This document shows positions 27,382-36,476 of a DNA stretch of 64,000 nucleotides, one piece after another (position 1 is the stretch's first letter; each line of letters starts with the position of its first letter). Location: contig JANXDH010000004.1 in the NCBI GenBank assembly GCA_025059745.1, positions 396,618 to 460,617 on the forward strand, written 5' to 3'. Source of the stretch: Aigarchaeota archaeon (GTDB taxonomy: Archaea > Thermoproteota > Nitrososphaeria_A > Caldarchaeales > Calditenuaceae). The position numbers were made by a program, and so were the translations under genes. The notes below the pieces were generated by a model, which was not told the DNA's origin, made no database searches, and saw only the letters and a list, made by a program, of their open reading frames with translations.

Positions 27382-28835
27382 TAACCTCCCTCCAACGTGG
27401 CCTCTGGGGTCTTCCTTCTCTCCTTTATCGATTCACCGACCAGTCTATCGACCTCCAGCAGGAATAGCGTCAATCTATCCGCTTGGACCTCTGCACCTGC
27501 AGCGACCTTGTGGCCACCCCCCCGTCCGCCGTACTTAGCCGCCGATAAGCTCATAATTGCCCCCAGATCTAGACCTCCCTCGACGAGTTCACTGCTGGCC
27601 CTCGCGGAGACCTTTACCTGATCGCCATCATATGCGAACGCTATCAGTGGCTTATCGAGAGGCAAGGAGTGTGACGAGGAGAGGAGGGTGGCGATCGAGC
27701 TGACCTGCTTCGGGTCTATCATGTCTCCCCCCCTGAGGACCACTATGTTGTACATGTGCTCTAGCATACCCGGCCTCAGGATTTTCTCCATCACCTTGGC
27801 CAGGGCGCTCCTGTAGTTCTCGAGTACCTTGTGCGCCTTATCGAGTAACCTCCCCCTCTCTCCCATGGCTATCGCTATGCCTAACCACGCGTGGTCTCCC
27901 TTACCACAGGCGTTGAGCAGCGTAGCGAACTCCCTACCGTCCCTGAGGCTGCTCCCCTCCTCCTCGTTGGTGAACTCGTAGATCTCGCCGTAGAGCTCAG
28001 AGGCTATATTCGATGAGTAGCCGTTCTCGACCATGTGGGCTATGATTGAGTTGTATAGCGCCCTCACCTCATCGTCGCTGAGGTCCGCGACGGTCCTCCA
28101 GACGTCCCCGTCCCTCAACTCTATGCCGGCTGATGTGACCACCGATAGACACGCACCCTCGTTCCCGGAGAGGCTGGGCAGGAAGGGATTATATGTGCTC
28201 GCGAGCGCTAGGTGTATGGGCCTGAAGGTTCTCCCGTTCAACACCAACGTCTCCGCGACCTTGATCACCTCAGTTTTAATGCCCTCCTCTAGGATCATTC
28301 TGTTCAGCCCCCTGAGCTTCCTATTGCCCCTGTCTTGGAGGTCACCCAGAGCACCTACGATGGCGACCGGTGCGAACTTGTAATACTCCTCGAGGAGGTT
28401 CTTGAAGACCAAGTAGGTCACGCCCGACGCGCTTATCTCGACCGAGCCGTCTATCTCGAAGAGATGTGGGTTGTAGTGCTCCCAGTTCGGCCTCTGTTTC
28501 AAGTGGAGGGGATAGTGGTGGTCCAGTATGATCAACCTAGACTTGCTCACTCTATCGTAGAGTTCGTTCAAGTACCCGCTCCCCATATCCAGCATCACGA
28601 CCAAGTCAAACTCACCGTCTACGTACCCCGATAGGAAGTCGTCTATCTTCCTCACGCACCTTAATACGAAATACGCGTCCAGCTCTCGCAAGACGCCTCC
28701 GGCCACACCGAGAGAGGATAACCCGTCCGCATCGTTATGCCCCACGACAAGAAGGTTACTACCTGACTTAACGCGGTCGAGTATGGATCCGGCAACGTCC
28801 CTTGCAGATCTTATGAACTCCTCGACTCTCTGCAT
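27381..28835 (-). CDS. archaeal RecJ/Cdc45-like DHH nuclease (GAN-type)
   Basis: 484 aa; DHH motifs HNDADGLSS, LDMG, LDHHYP, and DHHA1 motif GGRGGGHKVAAGA. Confidence 0.8.
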   Translation of the reverse strand: MQRVEEFIRSARDVAGSILDRVKSGSNLLVVGHNDADGLSSLGVAGGVLRELDAYFVLRCVRKIDDFLSGYVDGEFDLVVMLDMGSGYLNELYDRVSKSRLIILDHHYPLHLKQRPNWEHYNPHLFEIDGSVEISASGVTYLVFKNLLEEYYKFAPVAIVGALGDLQDRGNRKLRGLNRMILEEGIKTEVIKVAETLVLNGRTFRPIHLALASTYNPFLPSLSGNEGACLSVVTSAGIELRDGDVWRTVADLSDDEVRALYNSIIAHMVENGYSSNIASELYGEIYEFTNEEEGSSLRDGREFATLLNACGKGDHAWLGIAIAMGERGRLLDKAHKVLENYRSALAKVMEKILRPGMLEHMYNIVVLRGGDMIDPKQVSSIATLLSSSHSLPLDKPLIAFAYDGDQVKVSARASSELVEGGLDLGAIMSLSAAKYGGRGGGHKVAAGAEVQADRLTLFLLEVDRLVGESIKERRKTPEATLEGG

Positions 28836-28919
28836 CCTTTACTGGGTATCAAAGTCCCATCCTTTCTATATGAGCTTTTCAATTACTAAGGATAATATCG
28901 AGGAGTCTCCGTTTATACC

Positions 28920-29903
28920 GTGCGAGAGATGGGGTCGGTAACCGAGTCTCACCTGGTCGGGTTACACGCTAGATCGGAGGGGCTGATGAAGCTGATGAGG
29001 CTGGGACGCGAGGGCAAAGTGTCATTTGAGACCCTCAAGGATCACCTCACCAAAGAGGCCCTCTCCCTCGTCGAGCTGCAGTCCTCCGCCGGTCTAACGA
29101 GGGTGGTCGACGGTCAACTCGCTTGGCATGACCTGTTGAGGCCGATCTCTGAGAACGTCGAGGGCCTGAAGGTCGGCCCTCTCGCGAGGTGGTTCGATAA
29201 CAACGTCTTCTACAAGAAGCCGATCGTACACTCACGGATCAGCTGGAACAAACCCTTTCTTCCTGATTACTTGTGCTCGTCCTGTTTGGAGGGGAGACGT
29301 GGGAAGTTAGTGATCGCGGATCCGTTCACCTTCGCTAAACTCTCGGAGAACAACTACTACAGGAGTTTCGATGACTTGGTCCTAGACCTGAGCGAGGCGA
29401 TCGCCACAGAGATAATCAAATTGGGGAGTCCGCGATGGCTCAGCATGCTGCAGTTCAGTTCACCCGTCTTGGTCAAGGCGAGATTGAAGAGTGACGATGC
29501 GGAACTCTTCACGGAGTCAATCAATCTGATAAAGAGGAGGGTCAGCGTCCCAATAATGGTTCATACGTTCTTTGGTGATCTAACGAACGCTCTACCGTTA
29601 CTACTGGACGCGAAGGTCGAGGTGATAGGATTTGACCTGACAGTGACGGACCTCAAGAAACTGAGGGAGTACGATATCGATAGGACACTCTGCGTGGGGC
29701 TGATAGACGCGAGGAACTCTTACATGGAGTCGGAGGATCAGTTGTTAAAGGACCTGAGCAGGGTGATTGATCTAGTGCCTGCGAGGGCTTACCACATATC
29801 GCCTACTGCAGACCTAGAATTCCTGCCTAAGGACCTCGCGGACGAAAAGGTCCGACTCCTCGGGAGGGTCTTTAAGAGGGTGGGGGGAGATGGTTGGCGG
29901 TAA
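28920..29903 (+). CDS. MetE N-terminal-domain-like protein (cobalamin-independent methionine synthase, non-catalytic half)
   Basis: 327 aa, UROD/MetE-like TIM barrel without the Zn ligand set; overlaps the catalytic half gene by 14 nt. Confidence 0.55.
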   Translation: MREMGSVTESHLVGLHARSEGLMKLMRLGREGKVSFETLKDHLTKEALSLVELQSSAGLTRVVDGQLAWHDLLRPISENVEGLKVGPLARWFDNNVFYKKPIVHSRISWNKPFLPDYLCSSCLEGRRGKLVIADPFTFAKLSENNYYRSFDDLVLDLSEAIATEIIKLGSPRWLSMLQFSSPVLVKARLKSDDAELFTESINLIKRRVSVPIMVHTFFGDLTNALPLLLDAKVEVIGFDLTVTDLKKLREYDIDRTLCVGLIDARNSYMESEDQLLKDLSRVIDLVPARAYHISPTADLEFLPKDLADEKVRLLGRVFKRVGGDGWR

Positions 29904-31023
29904 ACTGTTTCCAACCCAGGAGATAGGTAGTCTGAAGAAGGCCCCCTTCCTCAGGAGGACGATAACGGATCTACAGCTCCGAGAGGTCAGGTACTGGGGA
30001 GAACTGCTCAACGTCGAGAACTATCAGAGACTACAAGACGCGCTCTCGAGGGGAAACTACAACGAGAAGGAGCTGTACGATTGGGCGGCTCTCTATGCGA
30101 TCAGGTTCTTCGAATCGGCCGGACTAGACGTCGTCTGGGACGGAGAGCAGCGGAGGAGCGAGATGTACGAGTACGCGATGGAACAGATGGCTAACATCAG
30201 GTTCGTCGGTAGGGTGAAGGTGTGGGACCTGGAGACCTACAACAAGGCCTCAGTAACCGGAGAGATCTCCCTGAGGGAGAGGCGACAGATAGAGGAGTTC
30301 CTCTTCGCAAAGAAGCACGCGAGGAGAGAGGTCAAGATCCCCCTTACAGGACCCTACACCCTCACGGACTGGAGTTTCGATGAATACTACGTCAACGCCA
30401 GAAGGGACATCGCCGACGTGAGGGAGAGGCTCAAGAGGTCGAGGATCGATCTACTCTACGACGTGGCAAGGAAGGGCGTCGCGCCTCTGATCGAGGAGCT
30501 GTATAGACTGGGTGCCAGGCGGATTCAAATAGATGAGCCGGCCCTGACCACCAAGGAGGACGAGGTCGAGACCTTCGTGGACGTATTCAACGAGATGAGG
30601 AGGGGGATAGACGCGGTCTTCACGGTCCACATCTGTTACAGCGACTACTCGTTACTCTTCCCTCACATACTCGAATTGAAGGCCGAGGAGCTCTCAATAG
30701 AGTGCGCGAACAGAGATAGGGCATCCCTTGGCACGTCCAAGGACGTGAGAACAGGTTACGAGATACTGAGACTCTTCAGGGAGAGCGGCTTCGATAAGAG
30801 GATAGTGCTGGGGACGATAGATGTCCATACCGATTTCATAGAAACGCCTGAGCTGGTGAGGGACCGGATAATCTACGCCTCAAGAGTGATCGGTAACGCG
30901 GACCAGATAGTACCCTCTAACGACTGCGGGCTGAGGACGAGGAGGTGGGAGGTGGCGTGGGAGAAGGAGCTGAGTCTAGTAAAGGGAGCCAATCTGGCGA
31001 GGGAAATCTATGAGGGGAGATAG
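29890..31023 (+). CDS. metE: cobalamin-independent methionine synthase, catalytic (MetE C-terminal-like) protein
   Basis: 377 aa; TQEIGSLKK, IQIDEPAL, Zn ligands VHICYSDY and PSNDCGL. Confidence 0.8.
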   Translation: MVGGKLFPTQEIGSLKKAPFLRRTITDLQLREVRYWGELLNVENYQRLQDALSRGNYNEKELYDWAALYAIRFFESAGLDVVWDGEQRRSEMYEYAMEQMANIRFVGRVKVWDLETYNKASVTGEISLRERRQIEEFLFAKKHARREVKIPLTGPYTLTDWSFDEYYVNARRDIADVRERLKRSRIDLLYDVARKGVAPLIEELYRLGARRIQIDEPALTTKEDEVETFVDVFNEMRRGIDAVFTVHICYSDYSLLFPHILELKAEELSIECANRDRASLGTSKDVRTGYEILRLFRESGFDKRIVLGTIDVHTDFIETPELVRDRIIYASRVIGNADQIVPSNDCGLRTRRWEVAWEKELSLVKGANLAREIYEGR

Positions 31024-31025
31024 TC

Positions 31026-31499
31026 TCACTTGCTCTCCTTCACGGCCTTCTTGGCCACCCCTATCGGCCCACCGTGCCGGCCCGTGGTCCTGGTCCTCTG
31101 ACCCCTCACCTTGAGGCCTAGCGAGTGCCTTACGCCCCTCCATGATTTTATCCTCATCTCTCTCTGTATGTCCTCCTTGATCGCCAGCTCTAGATCCGGG
31201 CCTATCAGGTGCTTGTCCTCGCCGCTGACCAGATCGGACCTCCTGTTATACGTCCATTGTGGTATCCCGTACTTCGCCGGGTTCTTTATGGCGTCCTCGA
31301 GCGAGGAGAGCTCTTTATCACTCAACGCCCCTATCCTCGTATGCGGATCTATTCCAACGGCCCTCGTCACCGCATATCCGTAGTTGACTCCTACGCCGAA
31401 GACCTTGGAGAGCGCATAGGGTACCTGTTTGCTACCATCTATATCGGTACCGAGTAACCTCACTATTACCTTCAACTCGCGCTGCGAGCTCGACATCAC
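31026..31499 (-). CDS. rps13: 30S ribosomal protein uS13 (S13)
   Basis: 157 aa; VRLLGTDIDGSKQVPYALSKVFGVG...WRGVRHSLGLKVRGQRTRTTGR. Confidence 0.9.
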   Translation of the reverse strand: MMSSSQRELKVIVRLLGTDIDGSKQVPYALSKVFGVGVNYGYAVTRAVGIDPHTRIGALSDKELSSLEDAIKNPAKYGIPQWTYNRRSDLVSGEDKHLIGPDLELAIKEDIQREMRIKSWRGVRHSLGLKVRGQRTRTTGRHGGPIGVAKKAVKESK

Positions 31500-31630
31500 A
31501 AAACCTATCCGGGGAGCCTTATTTAGGGTTTTTCTACCTCGACCAACAAGGGCACTCCCCCTTTCGGGTCAGAGGTCCTCGTCCCTCAATCCTTAAAGCT
31601 TACTTGAGGACTCTTCATACGGTGAAAGCT

Positions 31631-32236
31631 ATGACGATGCAATTCCCTTTCCCAGGTGCCACCACTTTAGGGATAACTGGAGATAACGTAGTCGTGCTGG
31701 CCTCCGAGAAGCGTCTCTCTTACGGGTACTTCGTGGTCTCTAAAAACGTGAGGAAGGTCTTCCAGATAACGCCCAAGATAGGCGTGGCCTGTGCGGGCCT
31801 GATCGCCGACATGCAGAATCTCGTCAGGGAGGCGCGCGCGGTCATAAACTTGTACAGGATAGAGGGCAGACGTGAACCTCTCGTCAATACCGTCGCAAAG
31901 ACTCTCTCCAACCACCTATTCAGTAGCAGGTTCTTCCCATACCTGGCGGAGAGTATAGTGGGTGGCGTCGACTCCACTGGAGTCCACGTCATAGTCCTAG
32001 ATCCCCTGGGGTCGATGATAGAAGACGATTTCGCGGTGGTAGGCACCGGTGCCGAGATAGCCGTCGGCGTGATCGAGAGCAACTACCGGAAGGGCATGAA
32101 CGGCCAGGAACTCTACGAGCTGGCGTGTAAGGCCCTTAAGGCTGCTATGATCAGAGACTCTGCGAGCGGTAATGGAATAGACGTACTGGTGATCGGAAGG
32201 GACGGAGTTTTGAGGGACGAGACGATAACCGCGTGA
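31631..32236 (+). CDS. psmB: proteasome subunit beta
   Basis: Propeptide then the active-site Thr in GATTLGI; the ORF opens at TTG 31604, and the ATG at 31631 gives a 10-aa propeptide. Confidence 0.9.
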   Translation: MTMQFPFPGATTLGITGDNVVVLASEKRLSYGYFVVSKNVRKVFQITPKIGVACAGLIADMQNLVREARAVINLYRIEGRREPLVNTVAKTLSNHLFSSRFFPYLAESIVGGVDSTGVHVIVLDPLGSMIEDDFAVVGTGAEIAVGVIESNYRKGMNGQELYELACKALKAAMIRDSASGNGIDVLVIGRDGVLRDETITA

Positions 32237-32269
32237 CCTTCTGGGAGGTTTACCGGCCATGTAAGTCAT

Positions 32270-32297
32270 GTTAAAATATTACATTATAACAATGTAA
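32270..32297 (+). promoter_or_regulatory. rbkR promoter: TATA-like TTAAAATATT overlapped by the perfect inverted repeat TTACATT-N5-AATGTAA (32279-32297)
   Basis: Read directly; the repeat ends 7 nt before the ATG at 32304. Confidence 0.45.
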
Positions 32298-32303
32298 TAC
32301 TAG

Positions 32304-33035
32304 ATGTACCTAGACTCATCAGTGATAAGAGCGTTAATTTTGTTAGCAGAGCAAGGTGGAATTGTTAACAGTGTTAAAATAACGACATCCCAGGTCGCAA
32401 GGTACATAGGGACTTCACAACAGTCTGCATCACGTTTATTGATCAGGATGGAAAGATGGGGTCTCGTAGAACGGAGAATAGTGGGGAGGACTGGTATGCT
32501 GAAGATAACCAATAAGGGCATGGAGATACTATCCGAACTATACGTAGCTCTGAAGCGGGTGATCGAGAAGCCCGTCGAGATAACACTTGAGGGCCGCGTC
32601 TTCTCGGGCTTGGGAGAGGGAGCGTACTACCTATCATTACCCAACTACAGGAACCAGATAAAGGAGAAGCTCGGATTCGACCCGTACCCGGGCACGCTGA
32701 ACATACGTCTGCTCTCTCGCGACTCGATCGAGAACAAGAGACTCCTCATGAGGATCGCTGACCTTTACATAGAGGGATTCAAGGACGGCGTGAGGTCCTA
32801 CGGTGGTGTAAAGGCCATCATGGGCACGTTCAACGATAACGATCTCTGTGGTATTCTGTTCATAGAACGGACACATTACGGCGAGGAGGTGATAGAGGTC
32901 ATCGCCCCCGTCTATCTGAGGGGGAGGTACGAGCTCAAGGACGGTGAGAAGGTCTCTGTCAAAGTAACATTACCCGGAAACAGGCACCTCTCTACTGGTT
33001 CCAGCACTACGGTGAGAGACCTCTACGCCAAGTAG
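32304..33035 (+). CDS. rbkR: bifunctional wHTH regulator / CTP-dependent riboflavin kinase (RbkR type)
   Basis: 243 aa; N-terminal wHTH (TSQVARYIGTSQQSASRLLIRMERWGLVER) plus archaeal riboflavin kinase domain (SGLGEGAYYLSLPNY...GFDPYPGTLNIRL). Confidence 0.8.
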   Translation: MYLDSSVIRALILLAEQGGIVNSVKITTSQVARYIGTSQQSASRLLIRMERWGLVERRIVGRTGMLKITNKGMEILSELYVALKRVIEKPVEITLEGRVFSGLGEGAYYLSLPNYRNQIKEKLGFDPYPGTLNIRLLSRDSIENKRLLMRIADLYIEGFKDGVRSYGGVKAIMGTFNDNDLCGILFIERTHYGEEVIEVIAPVYLRGRYELKDGEKVSVKVTLPGNRHLSTGSSTTVRDLYAK

Positions 33036-33084
33036 GCCGACCCTTAATCAGGTTTAAATTAGACTCTAAGGGATCGTCTACTGG

Positions 33085-33720
33085 ATGTCGTCATTTGAGA
33101 GCGCGTTGAAGTGGTACAAGGAACAGGTGAGTGCAGGAAAGCCGTTCTCCATTATCCAGTCGTCGACCCCCGAGTTCCGCGACGGAACGTTCACCGTGAA
33201 CCGCATCTTCCAGAGCGACCCACTACTCCTGGGATACTTCGATCAGAGGTTAAAATTGACCATCGATGAGGGGCTGGAGAGGGCAGCATCGAAAGTGGCT
33301 AAGTTACACGAAGCAGTGGTCGTCAGGGTAACGCCTGACCTACACTTCTTGCGTGAAGGTAAGCTGGTGGCGGTGTTGAGGAGCAATGGGTTTGCTGCAG
33401 CAGATAGAATGCTCTTCGAGGACATAGCGCGCGAACTGTACGGCATCGGTGGCTCACCGATGAGGGATCAACCGGTGAAAGACAGGTGGTCTGACTCGTT
33501 GGCGAACTTGTTGGGTAATAAGGAGTTCGTAGATACCCTCTTCTTCGTCATACTCTTCCTCCTGCTCCCGACAACTATGGCCGCTTACACTCTGGTGATT
33601 ACGCCCTCTTTATACGTACCGGATCTAGCCCGATTTGGCGTGGTCTTTTTGATGCTGACCGCAGCAATATATATCGGTAGGCTCTACGTCAGAGAAAACC
33701 TGAAGAGGGGTAAAACGTAG
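33085..33720 (+). CDS. hypothetical membrane protein (about 150-aa soluble N-domain plus two C-terminal TM helices)
   Basis: 211-aa ORF with host-like codon usage; hydrophobic stretches FFVILFLLLPTTMAAYTLVI and FGVVFLMLTAAIYIG; no motif I recognise. Confidence 0.55.
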   Translation: MSSFESALKWYKEQVSAGKPFSIIQSSTPEFRDGTFTVNRIFQSDPLLLGYFDQRLKLTIDEGLERAASKVAKLHEAVVVRVTPDLHFLREGKLVAVLRSNGFAAADRMLFEDIARELYGIGGSPMRDQPVKDRWSDSLANLLGNKEFVDTLFFVILFLLLPTTMAAYTLVITPSLYVPDLARFGVVFLMLTAAIYIGRLYVRENLKRGKT

Positions 33721-33758
33721 TTCACGCTTAAATAGCGTCTGAGCCGTTAAACTACTGG

Positions 33759-34421
33759 ATGACCTTAAGTTACAACCAATTTTACAGACATCAAACCAGG
33801 AAGACTGGAGCGGTAGGTGTCACGTTCGCCTCATCCGATAGCGTGGTGCAAGCTTTTGAGGAGACCGTCGTGCCAGATGAGAGAAAAGCTGAGGCGATAA
33901 GAGAGTACGGCGTAGACAAGGTCACTCCTGAGAGGGGTTCCCGTGGCATCAACTACGTAGTACAGAGGATACGGGAGACCTCACTCATAAGGTACCTGGT
34001 CAACTGGGCGAGGCTCTCGTCGCTTTATCCTGTACACCTGACGACGGCGTGTTGCTCGGTCGAGTTCGCTGGGACCGTGAGCCCGAGATACGACCCTGAG
34101 AGGTTCGGGTTCCTTCCGGCCACCGGGTCTCTCAGACAGTCGGACGTGATAATAGTTGAAGGTACTGTGACAACCAAGATGGCGCAGCGGGTCAGGGTGA
34201 TCTACGACCAGATGCCTGATCCGAAGTGGGTCGTGGCCATGGGGGCATGCGCGATCTCTGGGGGCCTCTATGCGAAGCACTCCTACAACGTCATTCAGGG
34301 GGTCGATGATATTGTTCCGGTCGACGTCTACATACCTGGATGTCCCCCGAGACCGGAGACGTTGATACAGGGGTTGCTGTTACTGAGAGACAAGATCTTG
34401 GCAGAGCGATCTCAACCCTGA
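33759..34421 (+). CDS. nuoB: NADH-quinone oxidoreductase subunit B (NuoB / 20-kDa family)
   Basis: 220 aa; N2-cluster cysteines in TACCSVEF, GACAISGG, IPGCPPRPE; unusually long N-terminal extension of about 70 aa (start uncertain). Confidence 0.85.
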   Translation: MTLSYNQFYRHQTRKTGAVGVTFASSDSVVQAFEETVVPDERKAEAIREYGVDKVTPERGSRGINYVVQRIRETSLIRYLVNWARLSSLYPVHLTTACCSVEFAGTVSPRYDPERFGFLPATGSLRQSDVIIVEGTVTTKMAQRVRVIYDQMPDPKWVVAMGACAISGGLYAKHSYNVIQGVDDIVPVDVYIPGCPPRPETLIQGLLLLRDKILAERSQP

Positions 34422-34440
34422 CACGTATCGAGGGTGCTGT

Positions 34441-34917
34441 ATGTCGAGCGATGCTTCGAGCCCAATCTTGAACGAGTTGAAGGAGAGGTTCAGCGATAAG
34501 TTAACGGAGGTCAGGGCGAGCAGATCGATCGTCAAGATATCCACGACTCCAGAGCAGTTCAAGTTTGTCGCTTCGTTCTTGAAAGAGAGAGGTTTCGATC
34601 ACGTGAAAGGTGTCACGGGCTGTGACCTGATAGCGCTCAAGCCCAGCGAGGACGCGATAGAGGTTATCTATCACGTCGGATCCTACTCCGTCAACGAGCT
34701 CAAGGGCACAGTGGTGAGCCTGGCCACGAAGGTTCCGAGGTCAGACCCGAGGTTGGCCTCGTTGGTAGACGTATGGCCCAGCGCCGAGTATCACGAGAGG
34801 GAGACCTACGAGATGTTGGGCGTCACGTTCGAGGGACATCCGAGATTGAAGAGACTGCTACTCCCTGAGTGGTGGTCGGACAAGCCTCCGTTGCGGAAGG
34901 ACTTCGCGCCAACCTGA
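34441..34917 (+). CDS. nuoC: NADH-quinone oxidoreductase subunit C (NuoC / 30-kDa family)
   Basis: 158 aa; WPSAEYHERETYEMLGVTFEGHP signature. Confidence 0.8.
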   Translation: MSSDASSPILNELKERFSDKLTEVRASRSIVKISTTPEQFKFVASFLKERGFDHVKGVTGCDLIALKPSEDAIEVIYHVGSYSVNELKGTVVSLATKVPRSDPRLASLVDVWPSAEYHERETYEMLGVTFEGHPRLKRLLLPEWWSDKPPLRKDFAPT

Positions 34918-34993
34918 TACGACGCGTTCTGTCTCGGGAGTACTCTCGCTATCTCTCCGCTCCATATACTAGTTGAACGAGATCCTTAGGTGT

Positions 34994-35341
34994 TCACTCG
35001 TTCGCAGGCACGTTTACGCTGAACGAGTGGCCGCAACCACATGTCGACGTGACGTTGGGGTTCTTGACTACAAACCCCGCACCCATCAAAGTCTCGAGGT
35101 AGTCGATCTGAGACCCCTGCATGAACTTAGCACTGAACTGGTCAACGATCACCCTCACACCGTCCTGCTGTACCACGTAATCGTCCTCGTACACTTTATC
35201 ATCCAACGCCATACCGTACTTATATCCGCCGCAACCTCCCCCGCTTATGAAGATCCTCAGCCCCAGCCCCTCATTGCCCTCCTCTCTCATCATCTCCTTG
35301 AGCTTCTGCACCGCTCTCTCAGTCAACGAGAGGTTGATCAT
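34994..35341 (-). CDS. iron-sulfur cluster insertion protein (IscA/HesB/ErpA family)
   Basis: 115 aa; GGGCGGYKYG and C-terminal CGCGHSF. Confidence 0.9.
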   Translation of the reverse strand: MINLSLTERAVQKLKEMMREEGNEGLGLRIFISGGGCGGYKYGMALDDKVYEDDYVVQQDGVRVIVDQFSAKFMQGSQIDYLETLMGAGFVVKNPNVTSTCGCGHSFSVNVPANE

Positions 35342-35479
35342 ACCTTAGTTGATCTGGTGGCATACCTTCTATTAAGCGTTATGGGGCGAACCAAATGGGT
35401 GTTGTCGGTATCGTACCCCCCCGGAGGCATATGAGGTATATATATTCAGGAGTGGGTAACTGCATGGAGGACTTGGAAA

Positions 35480-36142
35480 ATGGAGCTTAGAATACTCGAG
35501 GAGCAGAACAACTGGATCAAACTGGCGTTCACGGGCCTGCCCCTAGCCGTCTATAACGCGATCAGGAGGGCTATACTGACTGAGGTGCCCGTGATGGCCG
35601 TCGAAGAGGTCCTGGTGATAGATAATTCATCGCCGATAATGAACGAGGTGCTGGCTTACAGGATCTCCCTGGTACCCTTCGTTACCGACCTAGATAATTA
35701 CCTCTTGCCTGAGGAGTGCGATTGCAAGTCCAGATTAGGTTGTAGCAAGTGCTCTGTTAGGTTCTCACTGAAGGTCGAGGCCAACAGCGAACCGCTCACC
35801 GTATACTCGCGTGACATAAAGCCCGAGGGCAACGTCGGCATAATCAGACCGACCAGCGATAGCTTCCCCATCGTTAAGCTAGCCCCAGGACAGCGAGTGG
35901 AGCTAGAACTCTACGTGAGGCTAGGTAAGGGCTCGAGACATCCGAAGTGGCAGCCCGGGATAGTAACGGTATATGATGACGAGAAGAACGGGCTGGTGCT
36001 CTACGTCGAATCCTTCGGCTTCCTGCCCCCTAGGCGGATGGTGACGGAGGCCGTGAAAAGGTTAAGGGGTAGGGTGATTGAACTCAAGAGGAAGTTCGAG
36101 GAGGCAACGTCCCAAGGTGTTTTGAATGAGGCCCAGTCCTGA
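35480..36142 (+). CDS. rpoD: DNA-directed RNA polymerase subunit D (Rpo3)
   Basis: 220 aa; NAIRRAILTEVPVMAV, HPKWQP; CxCx5CxxC loop; followed by L18e-L13 as in the conserved archaeal cluster. Confidence 0.8.
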   Translation: MELRILEEQNNWIKLAFTGLPLAVYNAIRRAILTEVPVMAVEEVLVIDNSSPIMNEVLAYRISLVPFVTDLDNYLLPEECDCKSRLGCSKCSVRFSLKVEANSEPLTVYSRDIKPEGNVGIIRPTSDSFPIVKLAPGQRVELELYVRLGKGSRHPKWQPGIVTVYDDEKNGLVLYVESFGFLPPRRMVTEAVKRLRGRVIELKRKFEEATSQGVLNEAQS

Positions 36143-36476
36143 GAGGTACGGGGAGCTTAGGAGGCTGCTGTTGGAAGCCTCGCGGAGAAAGAGACTCTGG
36201 GCGAGGGTGCTGGAGGAGGTGGAGGCTCCGACTAAGAACAGACGCAATATCAACCTCTACGAACTGAACCGTACCACGAGGGAGGGCGAGACCGTTCTGG
36301 TTCTCGGGAAGCTGTTGGGAAGTGGTGAGCTGAGGCACAGGCTCACTGTCATCGCATTCGACTTCTCAGACGCGGCGTATCAGAAGGTCTTAAGCAGCGG
36401 CGGCAGACCCGTGTACCTGCTCGACTACCTCAAGTCCGGTCAACCGGTGACCTCGGGGGTGCGTCTGATTGGGTGA
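36126..36476 (+). CDS. rpl18e: 50S ribosomal protein L18e
   Basis: 116 aa; RRNINLYELNR...VLVLGKLLGSGEL...VIAFDFSDAA. Confidence 0.8.
   Translation: MRPSPERYGELRRLLLEASRRKRLWARVLEEVEAPTKNRRNINLYELNRTTREGETVLVLGKLLGSGELRHRLTVIAFDFSDAAYQKVLSSGGRPVYLLDYLKSGQPVTSGVRLIG

Noticed and set aside
35416-35422. C7 homopolymer in the iscA/rpoD intergenic region
   Set aside because: It lies outside any ORF with no obvious consequence. It is noted only because the similar C6 tract in nurA is associated with a frameshift.
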